Assembly (NCBI GenBank): GCA_963674825.1 | Contig: OY771587.1 | Span: forward strand, 1,088,001 to 1,152,000 | Length of the DNA: 64,000 bases | Reading direction: 5' to 3' | From: Candidatus Cloacimonadales bacterium | GTDB lineage: Bacteria > Cloacimonadota > Cloacimonadia > Cloacimonadales > JAIOQZ01 | Part shown: in pieces, positions 1 to 10,793 of the stretch | Position numbering within the stretch: position 1 is the first letter of the stretch | How the letters are laid out: each line of letters begins with the position of its first letter | Made by a program: the position numbers and the translations under genes | Notes under the pieces: generated by a model | The model's input: only the letters and a program-made list of their open reading frames with translations | Databases searched by the model: none | What the model was told of the DNA's origin: nothing

Positions 1-1
1 T

Positions 2-82
2 ATGACGTTCGGTGAACTTATGAAATTCCCGGGCGGATGGAAACTCATCGGTGCGATAGATTTCGACATCCAGGAAAAATAA
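2..82 (+). CDS. 3' end of a truncated CDS paralogous to the next gene
   Basis: Translates MTFGELMKFPGGWKLIGAIDFDIQEK*, which closely matches the C-terminus of the 155-1207 protein (LTFGEMMQFGDKWKVVGPIGFDIQER*). Confidence 0.8.
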   Translation: MTFGELMKFPGGWKLIGAIDFDIQEK

Positions 83-154
83 GCACTTACCAGAATATTG
101 TTACCGCAATCCTGTAGCATTGCTATGGAAATTCGGAAATCGGAGGTTTTCCCA

Positions 155-1207
155 ATGAAAAATTTGTTACTCGTTATCATTCTTTTGGTTGCATTCAGTC
201 TTCATTGCGCGGTACCCGAAGGTTTTCACTCTTTTGATGAACTGATCGAAATGACACGACAGGGGCTTGCTGGAAATGCAGGAGCGTTCGGGAAGCTATT
301 AGCTGGCGACAATCACTTTGATACGATGGTGAATACCATGATTAGTAACATTGCGAACGATCCGCAGTTAAAAGATGTGGAAGCCGACCAGAAGGCCGAA
401 ACCCTCGCGGGAATCCGGGCCGAATTGATGAATAGCAAGCAGGAGCACTACGACAATATCAACACCGCGATTCTCGATTTGGGTATCAATCTCACCATTC
501 TGGACATGCAAAACTACCCGCTCAAGCAGACCGCCCTGAAGCACTACTACTCTGAAATGGGCATATCCCAGGGCGCGTATGGCGTAAATAGCGTAAATGA
601 TGTCATTCTGGCCTACACCGATGGATCGAGCATTATCGAATGTTTCTACCCCTCCCTCATGCGTATCGAAGATGGTTACGTCGTCGAGATGGCGCCGATT
701 TTCAAGGTGTACCGACTGGGTTACACTGTCGATGAGATTGCGGAATTGGTAACAAAGGGCTTCAGCGAGGGAAGTGCCGGATCAATCGATACATTGTACG
801 CGACCAGCATCCAGCTTAACAGCATATTGGATAACTTTATGGATAACTTCCGGGCTACGGAGGAATTCAAAGCGCTACCGGATGATCAGAAAGCTGAAAT
901 TTACGAGAAAATGAAAGGAAATCGCAGCAACTTCCAGGCAGAGCTCTCGGACAATAAAGCCTCCAGCCATAACCGGTTCGCAAACAACGCTTTGCAGCAT
1001 AACTTCTATAGTTCCAAGGAATTCCACTTAGACAAGGTCACACCGGGAAATGAATCCACCGAACTCGGTGTAAAATCAATAAATGAACTCAAGATCAATA
1101 TCAGTAATGAAGATTATACCATCGCATTGACTTTCGGTGAAATGATGCAGTTTGGTGATAAATGGAAGGTTGTGGGCCCGATCGGATTCGATATACAGGA
1201 AAGATAG
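155..1207 (+). CDS. Secreted hypothetical protein with a two-fold internal repeat
   Basis: ATG at 155 after GGAGG; signal peptide MKNLLLVIILLVAFSLHCA; the two halves share DQKAE and GV(N/K)S(V/I)N motifs. Confidence 0.75.
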   Translation: MKNLLLVIILLVAFSLHCAVPEGFHSFDELIEMTRQGLAGNAGAFGKLLAGDNHFDTMVNTMISNIANDPQLKDVEADQKAETLAGIRAELMNSKQEHYDNINTAILDLGINLTILDMQNYPLKQTALKHYYSEMGISQGAYGVNSVNDVILAYTDGSSIIECFYPSLMRIEDGYVVEMAPIFKVYRLGYTVDEIAELVTKGFSEGSAGSIDTLYATSIQLNSILDNFMDNFRATEEFKALPDDQKAEIYEKMKGNRSNFQAELSDNKASSHNRFANNALQHNFYSSKEFHLDKVTPGNESTELGVKSINELKINISNEDYTIALTFGEMMQFGDKWKVVGPIGFDIQER

Positions 1208-1281
1208 AGCTAGCCTTCCCTCCGCATTGAACATCGATGGTTGAACGAACATACTATTAATCGGTTAACCCTGGAGGTGAT

Positions 1282-4197
1282 ATGCATTTCAGGATTTTGA
1301 TCGCGATTTTCTTGCTATGCTTTTCCTCACTCTTTGCTCAGATGACCGGAACCTATACGATCGGGACATCCGGTGACTACACAACCATCTTCGCCGCGAT
1401 TCAAGCGCTCAACACGCAAGGCGTTGGACCCGGAGGCGTAACATTCGAACTCGCGGCAGGCGTTACCTATGATGAAGGCAACTTCTACGAGCCGATAACT
1501 GCCACAGGATCCGAAACCAGCCCGATCGTGTTCCGCAATGCCGCCACGCCGGGTGTCAATAATCCGATTCTTACCAGAACAGGGCCCGGCACGAACACCT
1601 ATGGCATACGCATCGACGGCGGATCGTACATCACCTTCGACGGCCTGGACATCCTTTGCACAGCGACCAGTGACATGCCACGCATGGAATACGGTTACTG
1701 GATCGACAATGGCGCACACCACATTACAGTGAAGAACTCCTCCGTTGAACTTTATCCGGGAAACACCGAAGACACCGAAGGAATCAAAGTTGGAACCTAC
1801 ACCACCACCGATTCCGGCTACATGCATGACCTCAACTTCATCAACAACACCATCCGCGGATGCTACCACGGCTACTGGATAGCCGGAAACCTCTCCCACA
1901 TGATCGATAACCTTTTCATCGGCACAGAGGATGGTGGAGAACACGCTATCTACTTTGACGAGTATCCGAATCAATTGTACCCCGTTGGTATCCGTCTACT
2001 TTGCGTTATCGAATCGGTTATCACGGATATCGAGATTACTACGGAAGACCCGACGACCTACTACAGTGACCAGAAAATTCAGGGATTCAGCTGTGATTCA
2101 CACTGCCACGACCTCGAGCTATCCTACATGGAAATCCACGATATCAACTGTGTATCGTCCATCGAGGGAATCGAACTATACGGCTATGATATCGATGCAT
2201 TCTGCAATCGCGTTTACAATATGCAATCCTCGAATGAAAGCACACAACCACAAGTTATCGGGATCACCAACTACGCCATCAACGAAATATACAACAACAT
2301 GATCTGGAGCCTCGCAGCGCCACGATCGAGAAACAACATCGATGGCGCGGTAATTGGTATCTATGTGAGCTGGGGAGTCGGACACCTCTACTACAACACC
2401 ATCTATCTCGACTACGAAATTTTTTCGATGGGAGCGCAAGCAAGCTTCTGCTGTAGGTTGAAAGGAAATGGCGACCTGCGTAACAATATCTTTATCAACA
2501 ACACCAGCATCGATGTGCTCTCCTACCCGGATTACAGCGCGATCGCCGTTCTCGGTTCAACCTCATCGGATCCATCAACCCGGCTTCAAGTCACAACGAA
2601 CAACAACCTTTACTACGCCGGGCCACCTGATGATGTTCACAATATCTTCTACTATAACGCAACCACCGAATATCAGACGCTGTCCGAATACCAAACGGTT
2701 GTGAGCCCAATGGACAGTAATACCCTCACTGAGCTACCGCCGTTTGTCAGCACATCTGACCCGTACAACCTTCACATCTCGCCGGCAGCGGTTACTGGCG
2801 TGGAAAGCGGTGCTTTCCCGGTTGTGGGTGTAACCACAGACATCGACGGGGATACTCGCGACTTCTCTCATCCCGACATCGGGGCAGATGAAGGCGACTT
2901 CCTCGCTTCAGGCGGAAGCGGAGGTGGAGGAGCCGGAACCGGTGGCTATTATTACAGCAGCACCATCGGCGGCCTGGTTCCCTTCGACTGGCAACTTCCT
3001 GTCGCGCCATCTGAAGTCCTCGGTCTCACCGATGATTCGTGGTCCGGCTGGCTGGCTTTGCCCTTTACATTCCGATTCTACGGAATCGACTACACCGAAT
3101 TCGGCATCAACTCCAATGGTATGATCACACTCTTTCAAGAATCCACTTCTCCGATCAATCTGCCGATACCGTATGCAGTCGGGGCAAGCGGTTTCATCGC
3201 GTGGTTCTGGGACGATCTCGACCCGAGTAATTCCGCTCCGGGAGAGACCAGCATCCAGTACGGTCTGAACGACGAAGGAAATTTCGTCATCACCTTCACG
3301 CGTTACCCGGTGAAAGACGCCGACGCAAACGGATGGATCACCGCACAGGTGGTTCTCTACAACGACGATAGCGAGGACAACGACCGCATACTCTTCCAGT
3401 ATGAAGACCACGGCAGCAGCATGCCGCTCGATTCATGCACCATCGGCATCGAGAGCCACAGCGGACTCGAAGGCATCCAGTACCACTACAACACCACCGG
3501 GGGAGATATATTCAGTGGAAGCCGAGCACCGCTCGCGATACTATTCGGCGATGATGAATCCACCCTGCCGGTTACTCTCTCATCTTTCGCTGCAACCATG
3601 ACATCAGAAAGCTATGTGCAGCTTGAGTGGGTCACCCAGAGCGAAACCGATATGCTGGGATATCATGTCCAGCGTTGCGAAGAAGAAGAGCTCGATCATG
3701 CAATCCGGCTAACCATCAGCCCAGTAGAAGCCACCAACCAGAGCCAGGAACACGCTTATCGCTATGTCGACGAAGAAATCGCGATGGGCCATACCTACTA
3801 CTACTGGCTGGAAAGCGTCGAGATGAACGGCAGTGTGACGTTCTTTGGGCCGGTTTCAATCCAGATTACCGAAGAAGATCCCGAAGAACCGCCGGCTGTC
3901 ATCGAAGCGACATCGCTCATGGGCAACTACCCCAATCCGTTCAACCCGGAAACGACCATCAAGTACAACCTCGCGGGTACATCCGGAATCCCGGAACGGG
4001 TCACACTCGTGATCTACAACACTCGCGGACAGGAAGTGCGTACTCTCATTGACGGCCTTGAAGAACCCGGCGAGATGAAGCATGCAATATGGAACGGGCG
4101 CGATAACACTGGGAAAGCGGTATCAAACGGCGTTTACCTCTACCGCTTGCAGACAGATGATCACTCGGAAGTCCGCAAGATGTTGATGATGAAATAG
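1282..4197 (+). CDS. Secreted parallel beta-helix protein with a NIDO-like domain and FlgD-Ig/T9SS-type C-terminal domain
   Basis: Signal peptide; GTYTIG...DY.TI..AI start and beta-helix-like repeats; DIDGD.R...PDIGADE; LPF.F.FYG and IAWFWDDL; LPVTLSSF.A and GNYPNPFNPETTI...GVYLYRL. Confidence 0.8.
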   Translation: MHFRILIAIFLLCFSSLFAQMTGTYTIGTSGDYTTIFAAIQALNTQGVGPGGVTFELAAGVTYDEGNFYEPITATGSETSPIVFRNAATPGVNNPILTRTGPGTNTYGIRIDGGSYITFDGLDILCTATSDMPRMEYGYWIDNGAHHITVKNSSVELYPGNTEDTEGIKVGTYTTTDSGYMHDLNFINNTIRGCYHGYWIAGNLSHMIDNLFIGTEDGGEHAIYFDEYPNQLYPVGIRLLCVIESVITDIEITTEDPTTYYSDQKIQGFSCDSHCHDLELSYMEIHDINCVSSIEGIELYGYDIDAFCNRVYNMQSSNESTQPQVIGITNYAINEIYNNMIWSLAAPRSRNNIDGAVIGIYVSWGVGHLYYNTIYLDYEIFSMGAQASFCCRLKGNGDLRNNIFINNTSIDVLSYPDYSAIAVLGSTSSDPSTRLQVTTNNNLYYAGPPDDVHNIFYYNATTEYQTLSEYQTVVSPMDSNTLTELPPFVSTSDPYNLHISPAAVTGVESGAFPVVGVTTDIDGDTRDFSHPDIGADEGDFLASGGSGGGGAGTGGYYYSSTIGGLVPFDWQLPVAPSEVLGLTDDSWSGWLALPFTFRFYGIDYTEFGINSNGMITLFQESTSPINLPIPYAVGASGFIAWFWDDLDPSNSAPGETSIQYGLNDEGNFVITFTRYPVKDADANGWITAQVVLYNDDSEDNDRILFQYEDHGSSMPLDSCTIGIESHSGLEGIQYHYNTTGGDIFSGSRAPLAILFGDDESTLPVTLSSFAATMTSESYVQLEWVTQSETDMLGYHVQRCEEEELDHAIRLTISPVEATNQSQEHAYRYVDEEIAMGHTYYYWLESVEMNGSVTFFGPVSIQITEEDPEEPPAVIEATSLMGNYPNPFNPETTIKYNLAGTSGIPERVTLVIYNTRGQEVRTLIDGLEEPGEMKHAIWNGRDNTGKAVSNGVYLYRLQTDDHSEVRKMLMMK

Positions 4198-4272
4198 GAT
4201 CGCAGGCATCATTGCTGGCATTGAACAGTAAGATTTTTTACGAATCGACGTGCGTCCAGATTCGGAATAAGA

Positions 4273-4300
4273 AACGGGCAACCCACTGAGGTTGCCCGTT
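4273..4300. terminator. Hairpin between convergent genes (likely bidirectional terminator)
   Basis: AACGGGCAACC-cactga-GGTTGCCCGTT, perfect 11-bp stem. Confidence 0.7.
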
Positions 4301-4319
4301 AATATATGAAGATGATTGA

Positions 4320-6425
4320 TTAGCGTGAGAGGAATTCGGTCAGTGTTGTCTGGCCAGGAACCAGATCAGGTTCCGAACGCCATGAGCTGCTTCCACTTCG
4401 GTAAGCTACAACCCGGTAGTACATGCTGTTGGCAAACCGCAAGACACCATAATGGTTGTATTGCGTCGCAGACGTGTAGCCGTGATAGAAGAAGAGGTCG
4501 TTATCATCCGGGTACTCACTGTAGAATACAAGATAATAATCTGCACGAGCCGGTTCACCTTCGATCGTCGTTGTTACAGGACTCCACGAAAGCTTGGCAT
4601 CGGAATTATGCAGTGTGAGTTGCAGGTTTTGCGGAGCAGCCAATGGCTGGGCCGGTTCGACCGAGAAGGGATTGAAGATGATCTGAAGATCATTATCCTG
4701 CCATGCTTCCGAAGTGTAAGCGATGGTTTCGAACGAACTGTTTTGCAGCGAGATATGCTCAAGATCCTGCCCATCTTCTATAATGAACGATAGATCATCA
4801 CGATCGGGTAAATCGGAATCGATAATGACCAAAAGAGTATCCCCATAAAGGAACGTGTGAAAGTTCAGGTCTACTCTCTGGCGCCAGAAATCGCCATAAT
4901 CTTCCATAGCCATAAAGACAATATCGTCGCCCAGATTTTCAATGAGTATCTCCTCTTGTTCGAGCTTCCATACGCGATTAGGGTGAATCAGCAGATTAGT
5001 TGGAGCGTAATTATTCGCATTCTTCTGGGCAATATCTACCCAGACTGAATACATTTCCTGCTGCGTCTCTTCCGCCCAGCCCACATCGGAGATCGTCATG
5101 GGGATTTCGAGGATGTTGGATAAGGGACTGTTATACGAAAGGTCGTACGTCATATAATACGGGAAATTCGTCAGAACATCATTCGCACTCATCGAAGAGT
5201 CGAACAAGTAGCCAAGAGAATCCAGCACATTGCACTGCGCCGGATTAAAAGCCAGATGTCCGCTGCGGAACCCAAGAACGTTAGCACCGAGATCCTGCAC
5301 AAGTAGATCCCGCGACACCTCGAGCTCACCATAAACCGAGCCGCCCGTTGTGTAGTCGCCGTTGTAATTGGGGCGATAACTAACCGTATCGTTTCCCGCG
5401 GTCCCTACCGGGAAAGTTACTTCGCTATAGAAATCGGGAGCGTGCGTCACCGAATGTGAACCAATATTATGCTGTAATGCAGATATCTGCTCGAGCTCGA
5501 CCAGATTTTCCGGTGTCCAAAGATTACCCATATAGTAATCAGAAAAATACCGGGTCGTTATATTGTAGGTCGTATACGCTCCATGATCCCTTTCCATCTG
5601 GGCAAACTCTCTGCATAAGTCGTAGGCGGTCTGGCTATCGACATCATGAGTAACCAGCATTGCGGAGCTATAATCTCCAGGAATTGTGTACTTCCATACA
5701 GAATAAGGGGAATGCTCCTGAAAGATACCTCTCATCAGGAAGAAGAATGTGTCGCTTGTCGGCTCGAAACCGTTGGAATAAGTGCGATTTGCATTATAGT
5801 CTTTATCAAGCTGATTTCTGATGATGACATCTTTGAAGCTGACTCCAAGCGTGTAGGTGTATCCGGAGCCCGTCTGGTTTATAACCCCTGCGATTGTGCC
5901 ATCGGTGTAAATAGCCATCGCAGTTCCGGTCGAGAGCGTGTAGCCTGTCGTGTTGATGACCTCTTCCACCGCTTCGCTGCCGAGGCTGATTACCTGTTCA
6001 AGTGGATCATCGAACATCTCGTAACCTGGCGTATCGGAAAGCCAGTTCAATCCACGACGATTCGTTGCAGTATCGAAACCGGAGATTCCGAAGAGGCCGT
6101 ACAAGTCCGGATCCTGCATGCGTGGAGCGATCAGGATTCCACCATTTTGTACATAGCTATCGAATTGACTCTTCTCTGAATTTGTAAAACTCGAGGATAT
6201 CAACCGGGAGGAAATGAGAATATACTGATAATCGAAAGCATCTTCCAAATCGGTGACAACCGTATAAGGTACTCCTGCCGCATCAAGCATACTCCGAACA
6301 GATATCATCTTGGAGTTCTCGTCACGAAGCCAGTCCTCCAAATTGTAAACCGCCATTTCGCGCTTCAACCCAAAGAGGGTGACAACCATCACGAGAAGCA
6401 GCAGTAAACCAATAACCTTGCGCAT
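4320..6425 (-). CDS. Secreted NodB/CE4-like polysaccharide deacetylase family protein with a C-terminal Fn3-like domain
   Basis: Signal peptide MRKVIGLLLLLVMVVTLFG; LVTHDVD, IGSHSVTH and GFRSGHL motifs; C-terminal APQNL...LSWSPV...YYRVVA. Confidence 0.7.
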   Translation of the reverse strand: MRKVIGLLLLLVMVVTLFGLKREMAVYNLEDWLRDENSKMISVRSMLDAAGVPYTVVTDLEDAFDYQYILISSRLISSSFTNSEKSQFDSYVQNGGILIAPRMQDPDLYGLFGISGFDTATNRRGLNWLSDTPGYEMFDDPLEQVISLGSEAVEEVINTTGYTLSTGTAMAIYTDGTIAGVINQTGSGYTYTLGVSFKDVIIRNQLDKDYNANRTYSNGFEPTSDTFFFLMRGIFQEHSPYSVWKYTIPGDYSSAMLVTHDVDSQTAYDLCREFAQMERDHGAYTTYNITTRYFSDYYMGNLWTPENLVELEQISALQHNIGSHSVTHAPDFYSEVTFPVGTAGNDTVSYRPNYNGDYTTGGSVYGELEVSRDLLVQDLGANVLGFRSGHLAFNPAQCNVLDSLGYLFDSSMSANDVLTNFPYYMTYDLSYNSPLSNILEIPMTISDVGWAEETQQEMYSVWVDIAQKNANNYAPTNLLIHPNRVWKLEQEEILIENLGDDIVFMAMEDYGDFWRQRVDLNFHTFLYGDTLLVIIDSDLPDRDDLSFIIEDGQDLEHISLQNSSFETIAYTSEAWQDNDLQIIFNPFSVEPAQPLAAPQNLQLTLHNSDAKLSWSPVTTTIEGEPARADYYLVFYSEYPDDNDLFFYHGYTSATQYNHYGVLRFANSMYYRVVAYRSGSSSWRSEPDLVPGQTTLTEFLSR

Positions 6426-6507
6426 AATCATTCCTTTTTTATTAATCCCGGCAATAACCACTTATAAAATACGCCTTTTAAGCTGCAAGCAAAACCTCAA
6501 CGTCAAG

Positions 6508-6546
6508 AAAAAAAAAAGAAGGCGGGAACGATTCATTCCCGCCTTC
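6508..6546 (-). terminator. Rho-independent terminator of the 1382-aa gene
   Basis: GAAGGCGGGAA...TTCCCGCCTTC stem with an A10 run on + (U-tract on -). Confidence 0.8.
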
Positions 6547-6564
6547 GATTCTTGATAACAGTTG

Positions 6565-9500
6565 CTATTTCTCGATCAGCAGCTTTCTTGCACGTTTCGG
6601 ATCGGTCCTTGTTTCCATTTCTCGCGATGCCTCCACCGCGGTGACCTTGTAGAAAATCTGATCGGCGACGAGAATCACGTTCTGATGTGTAAACGTTGCA
6701 TCCGTCACGGTAGTGATCAGGTTTCCTTCGTCCGCAGGGAATTCCGGAACACTGGAAGCGTAGATGTTATAGGATCCCACCGTTATCGGATCGCCATTGA
6801 CGTTCTGCGTCACGGCATCCCAAGTGAGAACAACATCGTTCCCAATTTGTTCGATCGCGATATTCTCCGGTGTTCTCGGCGGGAATGCGCTGTCTGTCGC
6901 GCCACTTACCTCTATGGAAAGAGCACAGCCATTGCCAGCCTCATCCACGGCTCTGATCCTGAAATAATAGGTCAGGCCGGGATTCAATCCACCAACGATA
7001 GACGATACGAAACCAAAGCCTGGATTTGCCAGGTTGGCGTCGTCCGTCCAGTCCCATACTTCATCATCGAGACCGACATTCGGCTCGGTGTCGTAATAGA
7101 CCTCGTAACCTTTGAAGAAATCGTCACTACTGACCAGCCACAGTACTTCTATACTCTCACTGGTAGCCGCGCCGGTCGCAGCCGCGTCGATCGAAGCCGG
7201 TGGCGTCGAATCGATGCGTACAGACCAATCGTCTCCAATTCCTTCCGTAGAAGCTGAGCCGCTATACGTTGGGCCATAGCCGTCTATATCCCAAGCTCGA
7301 AGTTCGTAGCACAATCCTTCACCCTGCGCGCTGTAGGTCGCATTCACACGAACCTGAAGCGTATCGGGTGTCGAGCGCATAGACATGGATTGGAATCCGG
7401 CTGTCAGGCCGGCATTCTGCCAAGTCTCTTCTGCGTCGTAAACTCCGTTTCCGTTGCTATCGAAGCGATATTCCACACTGGTGGGATCGATTCCGAAGTA
7501 GTCACTGAAGTCGCAGCCGATGGTCACGGTCGCGCTGGTGGACCACGGAGCCGGATCCTGCATAGGATAAGGGTTCAAACATACTGGAGCTAACGAGCGT
7601 GGTATGGAGACTACCTCATTGGAAAGCTCGGCATGGTTGCCAAAAGTATCGATTGCCTGGATGCGGAAGCGATAGAACATTCCCGCTTGCAGACCGGTGA
7701 CGGTCGTAAGGGCGGTCGATTGCTCATCCATCGCTGCATCATCCGTAATTGACCATTGGGTATCCGATTCACCGATACCGTCGTGCGATCCGTAGTAGAT
7801 CACGTAGCGATCGAAGTGAACGTCGGTCGCCGGTGTCCAGCTCAGGCTCACGCTGGTCGATGTTGTGTCGGTTACAGCCAGATCGTTGATGGTAGTCGGC
7901 AGGGTAGCGTCGATGTGCACGAAATAATCGTCGCTATAGACGATGCCACTCTGCATAGTATCTTCGCCACGGAACTGGAATTGCAGCATGTCGCCATCCA
8001 CTTCGTAGAGCGCGTTCACGCGAACCGTGATGCTGTCTGAGTCGGTATAGCCGATAATGGGCTGCCACGCCTCTTCGGTATCATAGATCATGTTGCCGTT
8101 TGCGTCAAAGCGATATTCGAGCGAGGAGGCATCCACCTCGTAATCGTCCTTAAACGTCGCACCAATGGTGACATTGCGATAGGTAAATCCCGGAGGATCG
8201 ACCTGTGCAGGATATGGCTCGACAATCTCCGGCGGCTGCGCCATCAGGCAACTCACCACATTAGAGAGCTCACCCACGTTTCCGCTGGTATCCACGCCGC
8301 GAATCGCGAACCAGTACCAGGCATTGTAGGGCATTCCGCTTACGGTTGTCGAATCGGTCTCCATCGAGCTCAGATAGACGTCGTCGTTATTGTTCCATAC
8401 CGGGTCGTCGGTTGTCACTTCGCTGTCTGCGGACCAATATACCTCGTAGTGCGAGAAGTAGAGGTCCTGGCAGGGTGTCCAGCGCAGCTTCACCGTCTCG
8501 CCAATCACTTCATCGACCGCAAGGTCGGTGATCTGCGTGGGATCGGTGCTGTCGTCAACGATTCCGGTAATGTACAGGTCGTCTATATTCCAGTAAGCCG
8601 CGTAGTAGCTTGTGGAAACGAACAGCCACCGGAACTGCACGTAGGCCTGATGGTTCGCAACCACTCCCGGTGTGAACTGCGCCACACCGCTGGTAGCTGT
8701 GTTCCAGGAGGACAGTGTCGTCCAGGTCACTCCGTTATTGGATATCTGGAAATAGGCCGTGCAGTTGGTGTTGGGCGAGAAATCGTGCTGGAAACTAACC
8801 TGCACACTTGTAAAGATGGACAGGTTGTACACAGGCGAGATCAACTGCTCGTTGGAAGTGCGCAGCATGGTGTTTTCAACGCGCATGCTGTAGTCGTCTC
8901 CGCTGTCGTTAGCAGGCTGCCACTGGAACGTAGTATTTCCAGAATGGATAACATTCCAGCCATCTGGAAGCGCTCCGGCGTGATCGAAATCCTCGGTCGT
9001 GTCCAGTGCTCCGATCACCTTGATGGATACGGGATCGATCGCGGTCAGATCTGTTTCGTCTTCAGCGACGATGTAGAGGGTTTCCAGTCCATACCAATCC
9101 ATCGCAGGTGTGAAGGTAATCGTCGTATCCGCGTTGATCACGTAACCGATATGATTGCTTCCGGTTACAGTGAATTCAAGGGGATATGAATCGAGATCTT
9201 CGAACACCTCATTCAAGTTCACGGTAGTGTAATCCTCATTCATCTGAATTTCCACCAGACCAATGGGGTTGATCACCGTAGGTGACTGATAGACATTGAG
9301 TATCTCGAGATCGACCGTGATGATTTTCTCGATTTCATCTTCATTTTCCGCCGTAATCTCAATCTCGTAGGTTCCAGCGGAAGTATGATCGGTCTGCCAG
9401 GTGAAAGTCGCTGTCCAATCACCGTTATCGGTGAAGGTGCTTCCTTCGGGCAGTCCGGTTGCTTCGTAAGAAATAGCCTGATAGAGCGGCTCTGTGGCAG

Positions 9501-10713
9501 TAACAGTGAATTCCACCAAGTCGCCTTCGCTCGCCGTGATGGGATCGATGGGATCGACATGCGGTCCGATCTTGCCCACGTAGAGGTTACCGCTGTGCAG
9601 AACCGCCTGCGGATCGCCTTCGTTGAACATCAGGCTCACAAAGTCGAACGTTGTACGATCTTCAAGCTCACCCGTCGCCTCGAACTCAATGAAGAGGAAC
9701 GGATCGGAACCTTCTATGGGGGTGGTTCCGTAGTGAGAGACCAGGATATCGCCGTCCGGCAGAACGCGCCAGACCGGTTCACCCCAGCTCTCGGTCGAAG
9801 AACCGACAGCAGTGGCACCCACAGCCTGCACAATGCTCAGATCGGTATGGATGCGGGTATAGACCGAGTAGATCTCCAGTCCAGTCGCCTGATTTGCATA
9901 GATACCCACCGGCTGTGTTTCGCCGGGCATGATAGCCCAGTCGTCCAGCCATACGTCGAGGGTTTCCACCACTTGGATATCAACCCACATTGTGTCAGCG
10001 TAGCTACCGTTGTCCGCCACGAATCCCACGGTGTAGTCACCGCTTTGAAGCAGCGTAGGTTGCCACGAGAAATCAGCGTCTCCTCCACCATTATCGGTGA
10101 ACGATGCGCCGGTCGGAATATCGATGATCGTCAGCCCAAGCGGCTGTGATTGAGGATCATGCGCAATGATATTGAGCTCAAGCAGGTCTTCTTCTCCAAT
10201 GAGCTGATCCTCGATGGGATCGAACCAGGGGATACGATTGGTGATCGTGAGGCTACCATCGGTAACGCCCAGATCGTATCCGCCTTCGTTGAAGATGAAC
10301 TGCTCGAAGGTAAGTGCCGTGTAAGCATCTTCACCAGCCGGTACCCAGAATTCGAGGTTGAACAGGGTTCCCGCACCGGTAAGCGCTTGCGTGCCGAACG
10401 CGGAGATAGTGATCTCTCCGGCATTGGCTTGATTCCAGGTCGGATCACCCCAGGAATCTGTCAGGGAGCCATCATTGCCTACACCTGTCAGCGAAACCAG
10501 CGTTGAATCGAACGTGATTCGCGTATAGATCGAATAGACATCCTGGCCCGTTGTTTCGGTGACATAGACGGGTACGGTCACTGCTTCACGCCGGTTCGCG
10601 GTGGAATCCGGCATCCAGACATCCATATCGGTGGCGAACAGCCATCCAAATGTCAGCAGCAACAGTATCCACAGCCAGCGAGGTGGTCCGCTATTTGATA
10701 CATGTCTTCGCAT
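6565..10713 (-). CDS. Large secreted scaffoldin-like protein (2 cohesin-like, Ig/cadherin-like and Fn3 repeats)
   Basis: Two cohesin-like repeats (VTVPVYV...YSIYTRI.FD...G.L...WG.P.W...G.G.LF.LEF...FNEG); P.GA.FTDNG...A.F.WQ Ig repeats; three Fn3 repeats with Y.F.I.A.D..GN. Confidence 0.7.
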   Translation of the reverse strand: MRRHVSNSGPPRWLWILLLLTFGWLFATDMDVWMPDSTANRREAVTVPVYVTETTGQDVYSIYTRITFDSTLVSLTGVGNDGSLTDSWGDPTWNQANAGEITISAFGTQALTGAGTLFNLEFWVPAGEDAYTALTFEQFIFNEGGYDLGVTDGSLTITNRIPWFDPIEDQLIGEEDLLELNIIAHDPQSQPLGLTIIDIPTGASFTDNGGGDADFSWQPTLLQSGDYTVGFVADNGSYADTMWVDIQVVETLDVWLDDWAIMPGETQPVGIYANQATGLEIYSVYTRIHTDLSIVQAVGATAVGSSTESWGEPVWRVLPDGDILVSHYGTTPIEGSDPFLFIEFEATGELEDRTTFDFVSLMFNEGDPQAVLHSGNLYVGKIGPHVDPIDPITASEGDLVEFTVTATEPLYQAISYEATGLPEGSTFTDNGDWTATFTWQTDHTSAGTYEIEITAENEDEIEKIITVDLEILNVYQSPTVINPIGLVEIQMNEDYTTVNLNEVFEDLDSYPLEFTVTGSNHIGYVINADTTITFTPAMDWYGLETLYIVAEDETDLTAIDPVSIKVIGALDTTEDFDHAGALPDGWNVIHSGNTTFQWQPANDSGDDYSMRVENTMLRTSNEQLISPVYNLSIFTSVQVSFQHDFSPNTNCTAYFQISNNGVTWTTLSSWNTATSGVAQFTPGVVANHQAYVQFRWLFVSTSYYAAYWNIDDLYITGIVDDSTDPTQITDLAVDEVIGETVKLRWTPCQDLYFSHYEVYWSADSEVTTDDPVWNNNDDVYLSSMETDSTTVSGMPYNAWYWFAIRGVDTSGNVGELSNVVSCLMAQPPEIVEPYPAQVDPPGFTYRNVTIGATFKDDYEVDASSLEYRFDANGNMIYDTEEAWQPIIGYTDSDSITVRVNALYEVDGDMLQFQFRGEDTMQSGIVYSDDYFVHIDATLPTTINDLAVTDTTSTSVSLSWTPATDVHFDRYVIYYGSHDGIGESDTQWSITDDAAMDEQSTALTTVTGLQAGMFYRFRIQAIDTFGNHAELSNEVVSIPRSLAPVCLNPYPMQDPAPWSTSATVTIGCDFSDYFGIDPTSVEYRFDSNGNGVYDAEETWQNAGLTAGFQSMSMRSTPDTLQVRVNATYSAQGEGLCYELRAWDIDGYGPTYSGSASTEGIGDDWSVRIDSTPPASIDAAATGAATSESIEVLWLVSSDDFFKGYEVYYDTEPNVGLDDEVWDWTDDANLANPGFGFVSSIVGGLNPGLTYYFRIRAVDEAGNGCALSIEVSGATDSAFPPRTPENIAIEQIGNDVVLTWDAVTQNVNGDPITVGSYNIYASSVPEFPADEGNLITTVTDATFTHQNVILVADQIFYKVTAVEASREMETRTDPKRARKLLIEK

Positions 10714-10793
10714 ATCTTGTTTCCTTTTCTGCGATTAAAGATCAATTTTCGTCGTTCATATCCGTGATCTAGCATCGGTTGATGCTGCGGATA

